Below, piece after piece: positions 25,561-51,700 of a stretch of 64,000 nt of DNA (its first letter is position 1; each line of letters opens with the position of its first letter). This stretch comes from Phyllobates terribilis. Taxonomy: Eukaryota. The notes below the pieces were generated by a model. It saw only the letters and a program-made list of their open reading frames with translations, was not told the origin of the DNA and ran no database searches. The DNA is taken from assembly GCF_046119375.1 (NCBI RefSeq), contig NW_027362767.1, positions 241,056,001-241,120,000 of the forward strand. The letters run 5' to 3'. The position numbers and the translations under genes were made by a program.

Positions 25561-26801
25561 TGATGGAGGAAGAAATGTCATGGACGGACTTGTTACCCCG
25601 GTGGCTCCTATTACAGGACCGCGCTGGTATCAGTGAGCTCCGCACCACCGGCCGATCTGTCACATGTTAGTAAAGGCAGACGGCATAGCGGGGGGCCAGA
25701 GGTTATACATAAGGGTGAGGGGACGGATGTTTTACACTGGGGTGCAATGTGCCCGGATGTTCTTCAACAGGGGGGTGATGGAGCTGGATGTTATACACCA
25801 GGGGTGAGGGGCCATAGGTCTTACACTGGGGCCAATGGGGCTGAATGAAAAACCTCACGCCAAGGATAGAGCCGTGTTTCCCGATACTTTTTTCCATACG
25901 GTGGGTCTCCATCGCTGACAGTAAGCATTGGCCGCATGTGAAAAAAAAAGTCAAAGAAGCTCGTTCACTTATTTGCATGGACAAATTTACTATCTCAAAA
26001 TTGTCAAAATAAAAAAGGCAAACAGAAAAATGACTGAGGATATCTATCCGTCTACCCTCAGCAGGAAGACATCGTTATAGAGAAGTGCTAGCTCTACACA
26101 CCAATCCATTTTATACATTGTAGCGGCAGGAATTTTTAAAACACAAGCAGGGAAAAAAAATGGTGTTATGAAATGTAAACTGGAAGCAAGTGTTACTTAA
26201 AGGGGAACTCCTGTTTTGACAAGTAGGGTTTCAGTAAATGGGCATTTGCAGAGATCTCAAATGTGGTCCCTCAGAGCTGAACTCAGGGACTGAGGCTTAA
26301 AGGGGAACGCCGTGGGCCTCATTCACCTAAACCTTCTTTATTGCTGATTGGAATAAGCTAGAATTCCTCCAAGCCGATGTGCAGCAGGAATCAACAATTA
26401 CCGGGAATGTTTCCTGCTGCAGCTGTTAGGTTTTCAGAACAGTTTTAAAATTTGAAATTTAAACTCTGGTTGGTTGCTACGGCAACAAAAGCAGTTGTAC
26501 TGTTAGACAGTTTTGCTACACAGAACATCCAGATGGGTCTGAATGAAGTTGTATCTCTGAGGTCAGCTCTGACGGAATAAATGATGACAGCGGGAAAAAC
26601 AGGTCCCCTGTCTACAAAGCCCTATCAAAAAGTGGGAGATCCCCTTTAAATGCCTTAAGACTATGCGATCACATGGTGTAAAAAGTGGAATAACAGGGCG
26701 AGAAGCCAGCACGGAAGCAAGTTGTACGTTGGTCCTCAGGAATTCCATGGTTGCAGCTGTTTGTTCTGGGAAGTCCGCCGGCGCTTTGTTCTACCGGGTC
26801 A

Positions 26802-41672
<14,871 letters not shown>

Positions 41673-42035
41673 TTCTGCCCACTTGCTAAGCTCCGCCCAC
41701 TAGCTAGGAATTCTTATCCAATTAGAAGCTATATTATTTCCAGAGGGGCGTGTTCGGTGGCGTGACGAAAGGTGGAACTGTTTGCGTGCCCGCTGCACGG
41801 ACCAATGAGAAGACGCGTAAGGAGAGACTGACCAATCAGATGAGGGGATGCCGGGTGTCAGGAGAGTACATCGTATCATGACGGACAGGTGAGCGTGCCC
41901 CACTTCCGTCCGGGTAGAATGTGGAGTCTTCCCCACTTCCGCTGCTCTGTTTTCTGGTGTCACGCGAAAAGTCCCTTCGTGATGACGTCATGTGGAAGTG
42001 AAGTAACACGGAAATAAGTGAGAAAACATCTGCAG
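41673..42035. promoter_or_regulatory. Bidirectional G6PD/IKBKG promoter and IKBKG non-coding first exon(s)
   Basis: CpG-rich; CCAAT at ~41718, 41802 and 41832; ETS CACTTCCG at 41901 and 41934; CRE TGACGTCA at 41983-41990; + donors CAG|GTGAGC (41888/9) and CAG|GTGAGT (42035/6); - donor of G6PD exon 1 at 41650. Confidence 0.8.
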
Positions 42036-42249
42036 GTGAGTGTGAGAGAGCTGGACCTGGTGCTGGACCTGGTGCTGGTAGGGGCACCTTCTGTTTATTC
42101 AGGGTAGCTCCTCCTGGTAGGTGAGTAATGCTGTGTCATTGGCAGCCAGAGACATGGGGTGTAATACTGAGGGCACCAGATGCTGTGCACCAGGGTCTGC
42201 CACTGGCAGGACTGCTATACTGGACATTGTCACTGGTATGGTGATAGGG

Positions 42250-42665
42250 TGTGGGCATCGCTGGTCACTGGGGGCTTTTCTGGTGGGCATCGCCGGTCAC
42301 CGGGGGCCGAGTCTGCTGGGCATCGCCCGTCACCGGGGGCCGAGTCTGGTGGGCATCGCCGATCACCGGGGTCGCGTCTGGTGGGCATCGCCTGTCATTG
42401 GGGCCGCGTCTGGTGGGCATCGCCAGTCACCGGGGTTGCGTCTGGTGGGCATCGCCGGTCACCGGGGTTGCGTCTGGTGGGCATCGCCGGTCACCGGGGT
42501 TGCGTCTGGTGGGCATCGCCGGTCACCGGGGGCTGAGTCTGGTGGGCATCGCCGGTCACCGGGGGCCGAGTCTGGTGGGCATCGCCGGTCACCGGGGGCC
42601 GAGTCTGGTGGGCATCGCCCGTCACCGGGGGCCGAGTCTGGTGGGCATCGCCAGTCGCCGGGGTT
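42250..42665. repeat. 32/33-bp CpG-rich VNTR, ~12 copies, in IKBKG intron 1
   Basis: Unit GTCTGGTGGGCATCGCCGGTCACCGGGGGCCGA with a 32-bp ...GGGGTTGC variant. Confidence 0.95.
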
Positions 42666-45049
42666 GGACTAAAAATCCCCACAAACATGAGTTATGCCGA
42701 ATCATTTCCCATAGAACTATACCTCCTCCGCTCCCCGCGCTCAGTAACCCGCGGCATGGACAATGTGACCAGTTCCCTTTAAGTTGACTAATGTGTCCTC
42801 CTCCTGAGCAGTTGGAGCTGCACCTTGTACATATGTACAGTACAATCATTCAGTGATCAGTATGAGCTTCCCATTCAGAGACCTGATAATCATACACAGC
42901 AGCCATTCAGAACAAGCTGAGCTGCAGTGTAAAGTATAGGGAAAGAAGAAAATAGTAGTCTAAGTCCTACTGGGTGTGTGCATGTATTCTGGGTGACAAT
43001 CTGCATAGAATAATATCCTGCTCTGACATCAGCTGTATCAGTAGTCACCCATCTCTTCCCCAGGACTGATACTAGTCAGGCAGAGTCCAGGTAGGTGAGG
43101 ATCAGCTGCGTTCAGGAGACATTTATTACTACATGTTGTAAGTCTCTGTCTGATACTTCCTGGTGGCCATTCTTGTGTACTGCAACTCAGCTTCTATTCA
43201 TGTCAATGGTAGCTGAGCAGCAGCCCCTGGGTGCAGCCACTACACCGTGTGCGGAGCTGTATGGTCCCAGCATCATGCACTGTTTACTCCATTGTCTTAT
43301 GGGGGTCGCTCTTTAGACTCTTATATACAGGAGGGTCCTGAGTGGGCGGCCCACTATATCAGTGTCCCCCATTAGGGTATATGCCAATCAGAACAACTTG
43401 GACTTCAGATTTTATTTTGGAGAGGAGACGCTCCTTAGAGGTCGCTATTCTCAAGCCCCTACTAGTGACCACCTTCCTCCTAACCACAACTCTCATCATT
43501 CCTTTCTCTTCATACCATAATGGCGAACTGCATTCATGAGCTCTGCTAGGTCTTGCAGTAGGGGGCGCCACCTCTGAGGCTCCCATTTAGCTTCTTTAGT
43601 AGCTAGAAGGTAGCATCGGGATTTACATAATAGAAGGACCTTTAAAATTGGAGACCAAAGTGCGACTCTCTCTGGAGGACCAGTCATGTCTACGCCACAG
43701 TGTAATGCTCTTATTCCCCCTGTGGTGGCGCTGCAGGGGAGTTAAACACTTGCTGCCAGGCTCAGATTGCTACAGCAGTGCAAAGGTAAGTCGCCATCAG
43801 AGGCGTCTGGCAGCTTCTTACTGCCCCAGCCTGGCCATACTGAACGTGCGTGTATATGGGGGGGGGGGGGGGGGATTAATGGTCACTTGATTGATATATG
43901 TTATATATGGGGCTGTTTATTGCCCCCTGGCACTCCCTTGACCTATGCTTTATGCTCTGCAGTGTTTTCTGCCCTTCATTTCAGTAATGTAATAGTTTTA
44001 TGACCCCTCTGAATTGCTTGTTCAGCGCCTGCTCGGTGTTATCTGCCACCTGTATTGCTGGCTGTGGAAGCTGAGCAGGAAGTGAGCGAGGATCAGAGAA
44101 ATAAAACTGAAAGTGATCTGTGATCAGCCAGGTCGGACTTCCAGCTCAGGGATAAACAGGGAGACATATTCCCATCGCTTTCTCCCATTTAGTGATTTTT
44201 CAGGCAGAAATGATTGACTTTCTTATTGGGTCTGCCGGCTATTCGGCACAGCCACGTCTGCACGTGGTTCTACATTTGTCCAACTTTGTCTTTTTGAGAT
44301 ATCACGTTAGACCAGGGATGCAGTTGGGGTCCGCCGCCGTGGAGCGGGGGCACCAATGACGTTTATCAGTAGGTGCCGACCTCCGCTGCTAGGTGGGGAC
44401 ACAGGGAGAGGCAGTGACCCGGCACTTACCTGTGTGATTGGTCCTGGGCATCTGTTTTCCTGCCACTCCTGTGGATAAGTAACTACCTCACAATTGAGGT
44501 TCTTTTGTCTTTTTAAAAGTATACATATTTTTTAAGGAATCATTATTTAAAGCTACATTTTAAAGGGTATTTTTTTTTCTTGTAAACTGTGGTACATTAC
44601 CCCAAATTCTTGTTAGTCCATAACGAGCACCAATCAACGATGTAACCAGTTAATTTCCAATCATTTTAAATGCCCCTGTGATGGGTCTGAGGTGGGGAGG
44701 CATTGGGATGGGGCTTGAGGGGGGAGCAGGGAGCGTCGGAGATGGGGTGTAAGGGGGGGGAGTATTGGGATGGCGCTGAGGAGGAGGTTTCACCGTATCC
44801 GGCCATCCTGAGTCTCTGTTTTGCTAGTGCCAAAGTCGGAAATTGACGACTTGGAAGGATTGATCATTTTATGATGAAAAGTTCTGCAACTTTCCACCAA
44901 ACTTTGTGTCTACTTTTGTTTGCTATCAGTGAATGGAAATATTCTTACCTCTACCCTGAAGATAACATATATAGCCATTGCCACACAATCCGTCTCCTTC
45001 CTAAGAGCCACAAGATGCCAAGTAAAAACCCCTCAGTCGGTGGTGACTC

Positions 45050-45690
45050 CTGACAGCGATCTGCCCGGCTGCAGTGCCCTCTGTGGAGGAGATGCGGGTG
45101 GTGCTGACAGCGATCTGCCCGGCTGCAGTGCCCTCTGTGGAGGAGATGCGGGTGGTGCTGACAGCGATCTGCCCGGCTGCAGTGCCCTCTGTGGAGGAGA
45201 TGCGGGTGGTGCTGACAGCGATCTGCCTGGCTGCAGTGCCCTCTGTGGAGGAGATGCGGGTGGTGCTGACAGCGATCTGCCCGGCTGCAGTGCCCTGTGT
45301 GGAGGAGATGCGGATGGTGCTGACAGCGATCTGCCCGGCTGCAGTGCCCTCTGTGGAGGAGATGCGCGTGGTGCTGACAGCGATCTGCCCGGCTGCAGTG
45401 CCCTGTGTGGAGGAGATGCGCGTGGTGCTGACAGCGATCTGCCCGGCTGCAGTGCCCTCTGTGGAGGAGATGCGCGTGGTGCTGACAGCGATCTGCCCGG
45501 CTGCAGTGCCCTCTGTGGAGGAGATGCGCGTGGTGCTGACAGCGATCTGCCCGGCTGCAGTGCCCTCTGTGGAGGAGATGCGCGTGGTGCTGACAGCGAT
45601 CTGCCCGGCTGCAGTGCCCTCTGTGGAGGAGATGCGGGTGGTGCTGACAGCGATCTGCCCGGCTGCAGTGCCCTCTGTGGAGGAGATGCA
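45050..45690. repeat. 54-bp VNTR, ~12 copies, directly upstream of the IKBKG exon 2 acceptor
   Basis: Unit GACAGCGATCTGCCCGGCTGCAGTGCCCTCTGTGGAGGAGATGCGSGTGGTGCT. Confidence 0.97.
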
Positions 45691-45751
45691 TCGCCTCCTG
45701 ACTTTATTCTCTGGTTCCCTTGCAGACTGGTGACCTGATTGTGCGCAGTGA

Positions 45752-48700
45752 ATGAGCGCCCCGGGGCAGACCGCCAGGATGGTGCAACCTAACGAAGGCT
45801 CCAGCAGCAGCTTCACACCGCCGTGTACTGGAGGGCCAGGAGACATGTCCTTGGGAAAGGCTGATATCGTCCCCCCTGAAATATGCAATCACGAGGCCTT
45901 CCAGCGCTTGAGGGCTGAGAACCAGGATCTGCGAGGTGAGAACACGGCCCACAGCAAAACGGCCTCACACCGTGTGTCACATTACACTATAACGTATAGA
46001 TTCCCATTTACCTGTAACCCGGACCTTTAGTAGTCAGTGTGCACATCCTGTCTGCTTAAAAAGATTTTCCATTACTATGATACTCTCATCTCTATCAGAT
46101 CAGTGGTGGTCCAGCACCTGCACCCCCCACGGATCAGCTATTACCAGCTCTGGCAGCGGCCGGATGGGGGTCCCACCAACCACTTAAATCACTGTGCAGG
46201 AGTGAGTCTGTATACCTTGGTCTGTGAGCGTGGTGTACAGACCTATAGGCTTACTGTTGAGCTCCTACACCGCTGATCACTCCTGCAGGGGCCACGCACT
46301 TCAGAATGGTGTTTTGAGCAATCGGTAGGGGTGTCTGGACCCAAGCCCCCATAAACCCGTCGCTCGGTGCAGCCCCTATTACATATGAAAAGTTTTTGAA
46401 AATGATAGTAACCCTTTAAAGTGCAGCTCTGTTCACATCTGCATCAATGTCTAGTTCGCAGATTTTGTCCTGTCAAAATGGCAGATTTCTCTGCATAACC
46501 TGAGACCCCTCTGCAAGGCAAAGGGGTCCGTTGTGTGACTAACCCGGCAGAGCATTACAGCTTCGGTTCTGAAGGGAAGCAAGTGTGAACACAGCTGAAG
46601 CTTCTTCGTATACAATTCCCTCACTTCTAACCAGTGCTTAGAGGGTCCCTGCACTTATAGAAAACTTGATCTCATCTGATGGACAGTGGGAGAAATGGAC
46701 AATCTGCAAATCACTTTATTCAGGAATTTTGTTCTCTCGCCCATAAAAAAAAAATCACTACAAAGAGACAGATTATGGGAAGTGGGGGTGGGCCTCTGTC
46801 GCGCTGGCGGGAAGTGGGGGCGGGCCTCTGTCGCGCTGGCGGGAAGTGGGGGCGGGCCTCTGTCGCGCTGGCGGGAAGTGGGGGCGGGCCTCTGTCGCGC
46901 TGGCGGGAATTGGGGGCGGGCCTCTGTCTCCTGATTTTGTTTTTCTCAAACTATATACAGGCGTTAACAGAGAAGCGGACTTTTACTTCTGGGCAGACAA
47001 GCAGTAGAACAATGGTAGAAGTAGTGCGTACTGGGAAGGGAGGGAAAGAAAATTTCAGCACCTGTAGTGCTGGCAGAATGTTGACAGCTAAGTTAAAGAG
47101 CACGAGAACCGAGACAGTTCCTGGACATATTAGACTTATTCGTGCAGCAAAAATTGTTTACATTTTTGGGGGAATGATGGCTGTAACACTGAGCTATTGT
47201 ACGTGTGTTAGGTGACGGGAACGCTCCGGGGACCACCTGCCCTCTGTATAATACCCAGTGCAGGGTCTGAGACGTTTGCCATTTCTTCCCGTTCCTCTGT
47301 GAACCCCCTCTGCCTTCCTCTTCCCCACCAGTGGCTTTGGAGCAGAGTAACACCATGCTCAGGAAGAGACACGGCGAGATGCTGGAGTTTCAGGAGACGC
47401 AGAGGAGAGAGCGGGAGTTCATCGTTTTCAAGTTCAATGAAGCCAAAAGCCTGGTGCTGAGGCTATCGACCGAGCGCGACTCCCTGCAAGGTGAACTGGA
47501 GGAGGCGAAAAGACACCTAACAGAGGCCACGGCCACCAGAGAAGACGAGCCCATGGCCGAGGGACCCATCGAGGTGACCGCCTGCTTCTTCCTGCACCTC
47601 CACGCTCCATGTAACGCAGGGACTCCCTGGGCTGTGAGCTTCTCCAGCTATCAGCCAGGTGCCCAATCTGTGCCCGGGCTAATACCCCAGGCCCTGAGCT
47701 GCACGCTTTCACACTCCTATGTCCCGATTTGAGTTGTGTCAACGTGCATTAGTTAGAATATTGCATTTTCTCCTTGTTTCGTAGCACATGTCTGCATTAG
47801 CTTTTTAAAGCTCTGTTCACACTGGCGCTGTAGGCGTCCACTTATCCTGGAAGCTGTAACAAGTCCAAGCTGCCACCGATCCTATAAGTTGCACTGGGGT
47901 GTAGTAACATATGATGGATACCCTTAGTGCAAGTTTGGACATAGCCTATAGGACCCCCTTACACATTAATGTAAAATTCAGTGAGACCGGACCCCTATCT
48001 ATGGAGGGTGCTTCTTCTGGATTGGACATGTTAAATTACAACACCCAACTCCCTGCAGCAGTCACAATTACAGTAATTGACCACTGCAGCCAATCATTAG
48101 AAAAAAAAACAAAAAACTTTTAAATTCCTTGTGTGGCTGGTCCGTGTGTCCTATGCTGCTCTGCTCGCTGGGTATAGTAATAAGTGACCTGGAATGATTA
48201 GATGACCCTGTTGGGGGCGCTGCCGCTATCCTCCGTGCTCGCTCTGTCCTCTGCCTCTCTCCTCGGCTCGGCCCCTGCTTGACTGCTGTGCTGTGTGTCA
48301 TTAGGCTGACAGCCCTGAGAGCTCTCTGTCCTCCTGTGAAACTCTGACCCAAAGTATGTGCGAAGCGCTGAGAGAGCCAGCACGAAATCACGCGGGGCCA
48401 CCCCGAGCCGAGCAGGTGAGACCGAGTCCGCACGTCTGTCAGTATCCAGGTAACAAAATACTTGTATTCCTATGAAAAAGCATTGCGCAGTTCTTCTGAT
48501 GCTCTTCCTGGCAGTTACAACCTACAATCTCCTATGTCACCCAATCCCGATCCCACTGTGTAAGGACACACCTCTTTGACTAATAATAAGGCCTAGCTGA
48601 CAGCTCATTCATACATTTCCAGGAGGAACAAAAGAGGATCAGCACAATGTAGAGTTCTAGGAAATTTAAGTGCAAGTACAGTGGTGTGAAAAGGTGTTCG

Positions 48701-51700
48701 CCCCCTTCCTGACTTCTTATTCTTTTGCATGTTTGTCACTTAAATGTTTCAGATCACAAAACAAATTTAAATATTAGACAAAGATAACACAAGTAATCAC
48801 AAAATGCAGTTTTCAAATGAAGGTCTTTATTAAGGCAAAAAGAAATCCAAACCTACAGGGTCCTGTGTGAAACTGATTGCGCCGCCCCCCACCTTAAAAC
48901 ATAAATTAACTGGTTTATCACATCTTTGGGAAGCTGAGTTCAATTTCCCCTAGCCACACACAGGGCTGATTACTGCCACACCTGTTCTCAAGAAATCTCT
49001 TCTATAGGACCTGCCTGACAAAGTGAAGTAGACCAAAAGATCCTCAAAAGCTAGACATCATGCTGCGATCCATAGAAATTCAAGAACAAATGTGAAACAA
49101 AGTAATTGAGATCTATCAGTCTGGAAAAGGTTATAAAGCCATTTCTAAACCTTCTGGACTCCAGCGTACCACAGTGAGAGCCATTATCCACAAGTGACGA
49201 AAACATGGTTCATTGGTGAACCTTCCCAGGAGTGGCCGGCCAACCAAAATTACCCCCAAGAGTGCAGAAACGACTCATCCAGGAGGTCACAAAAGACCCT
49301 ACAACAACATCCAAAGAACTGCAGGCCTCACTTGCCTCAGTTAAGGTCAGTGTTCATGACTCCACTATAAGAAAGAGACTGGGTACAAATGGCATGCATG
49401 GCAGAGTTCCAAGACAAAAACCACTGCTGAACAGAAGGCTTCCTCTCAGTTTTGATGATCGCCAAGACGTTTGGGAGAATACTCTGTGGACTGACAAGAC
49501 AAAGTTGAACTTTTTGGAAGGTGTATGTCCCATTACATCTGGCGTAGAAGTAACACAGCGTTTCATAAAAGGATCATTATACCAACAGTAAAATATGGTG
49601 GTAGTAGTGTGATGGTTTGGGGCTGTTTTGCTGCTTCAGGACCTGGAAGACTGGCTGTGGTAAATGCAACCATGAATTCTGATGTCTACAAAAAAATCCT
49701 GAAGGAGAATGTCCGGCCATCTGTCTGTGACCTCAAGCTGAAGTGCACTTGTGTTATGCAGCAGGACAATGATCCAAAACACACCAGCTAGTCCACCTCT
49801 GAATGGCTGAAGAAAAACAAAATTAAGACTTTGGAGTGGCCTAGTCAAAGTCCTGACCTTAATCCGATAGAGATGCTGTGGCATGACCTTAAAAAGGCGG
49901 TTCATGTTCGGAAACCCTCCAATGTGGCTAAATTACAAAAATTTTGCAAAGATGAGTGGCCAAAATTCCTCCAGAGCGTTGTAAAGACTCATTGCAAGTT
50001 ATTGCAAATGCCTGATTGCAGTTGTTGCTGCTAAGGGCGGCCCAACCAGTTATTAGGTTTAGGGAGCAATCACTTTTTCACACAGGGCCCTGTAGGTTTG
50101 GATTTCTTTTCCCCTTAATAAAGACCTTCATTTACAAACTGTATTTTGTGTTACTTGTGTTATCTTTGTGTAATATTTAAATCTGTTTTGGTGATCTGAA
50201 ACATTTAAGTGTGACAAACAAGCAAAAGAATAAGAAATCAGGAAGGGGGCAAACACTTTTTCACACCACTGTATGTAAGGAATGTAACGAGGCCCTCCTC
50301 AGACCATGTGACCTACCCATGCAATGTCCAATCATCTGTGTACATTGGTGTTTTTAAAGAATAAAAGGTCTGATGTTTCCAGAAACGGCGCCTCTCCTGA
50401 CTATTGGCTAGTTTTTATTTCAAAATTGTATTACTCACCCTCCCCGGGTCCAGCGCTGCTCCCAGTGTATGTTATTGATATCACCTTGAAAGTGCTGCAG
50501 CCAATCAGTGGGTTGAGCAAAACTGACAGCACGATCCGGTCTGCTTTATGAAATTGAAAGGCCCCTTTCACCGAATGCAATGCACGACACGGCCTGTAGC
50601 CAGGTGGGGCGCTGTTTTTTTCGGTTGCGTCCAGACTATTTTTTTTACTAATCCCTTCATCCATGATTCTGTCTTGGGACCACAATCTGGCGCCTTTCAG
50701 TGTTTTTTTTTTTATATTTTGTTTTTGCATGCTGTTGTTTTCTTCTCTTCCTCCTTATTGACGGGTGTCTTTCTGCTGAATGATATCCTAAAGGAACTGC
50801 AGAGGTTGATGGAAGCAAATCTGACCCTGGGAAAGGAGAGAAATCGGATAATGAACTCGGCCTCTACAAATGGGGTCAGACTGAGGGTGAGGGAGCAGAG
50901 GTTGCGCTCGCCGGCCGCCATCGTGATCCCTGCTGGGATCTAATGATTTGTGCTTTATTGTTGCAGGTGGATCCTGAAGTCCGGAGAAGACCAACAGAAG
51001 TGGACTTCCTGCAGGGAGCAGGGGACAGGTGGGTGAGCGGATTTGGGGGGGGGGGGGATTTACCCCCTGCAGCATCGCCTCCTCTTCTTCATCATCACTC
51101 TCTATATCTGTTACTTATAGAAACACAAGAGCTGAACAAGATCTCCAGGAGAAGCTGCGGGAGGCCGAGACACTGTGAGCGCCCTCAATGTATAAAGGAG
51201 ACGTTAAAGGAGCTACTTTCTTGCAGAAACACTGCCACCCCTATCAATAGATCGGTTTTGGTATTGCAGCTCAGAGTGCAATGCTAGACATAACCCTTGT
51301 TGTCTAATTCTCAGGGATTTTATGATTTTAGTGTTGATTTTGGCTCAGGTCCTGCAAGAGGATGATGAGGATTGCCCAAATCTGTGCTGGCTGGGGATGG
51401 AGTTAGGATGCCAGGGGGGTCTCTCCAGGTTCCCCCTTAGTTTATATGGCTGTCACTTCTTGCTTTTCTGCAGGAATACTCAACTGCAAGAGCAGATGAA
51501 AGAGCTGAAAGAGGAGGTGTCGCATCTGACGCATCACCTGAGCGAGCAAGGGGAGGAAGCGCAGCGAAAACTGCAGGTACAAAGACGTGGCGGCCTACAG
51601 AGCAAAAATATTGGCACCGCAGTGGATGCAGGACCAGAGTGGTCCCAATATTTTTGCTTAGCTCTAATTTATGTGTCTTAAAGGGGCCATATGGTATTCG

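Noticed and set aside
42121-42787. Overlapping 118-183 aa ORFs
   Set aside because: Produced by the 32/33-bp VNTR.
44920-45888. Long Cys/His-rich periodic ORFs, and regularly spaced repeats that might suggest a CRISPR array
   Set aside because: 54-bp tandem units with no unique spacers, in a eukaryotic intron.
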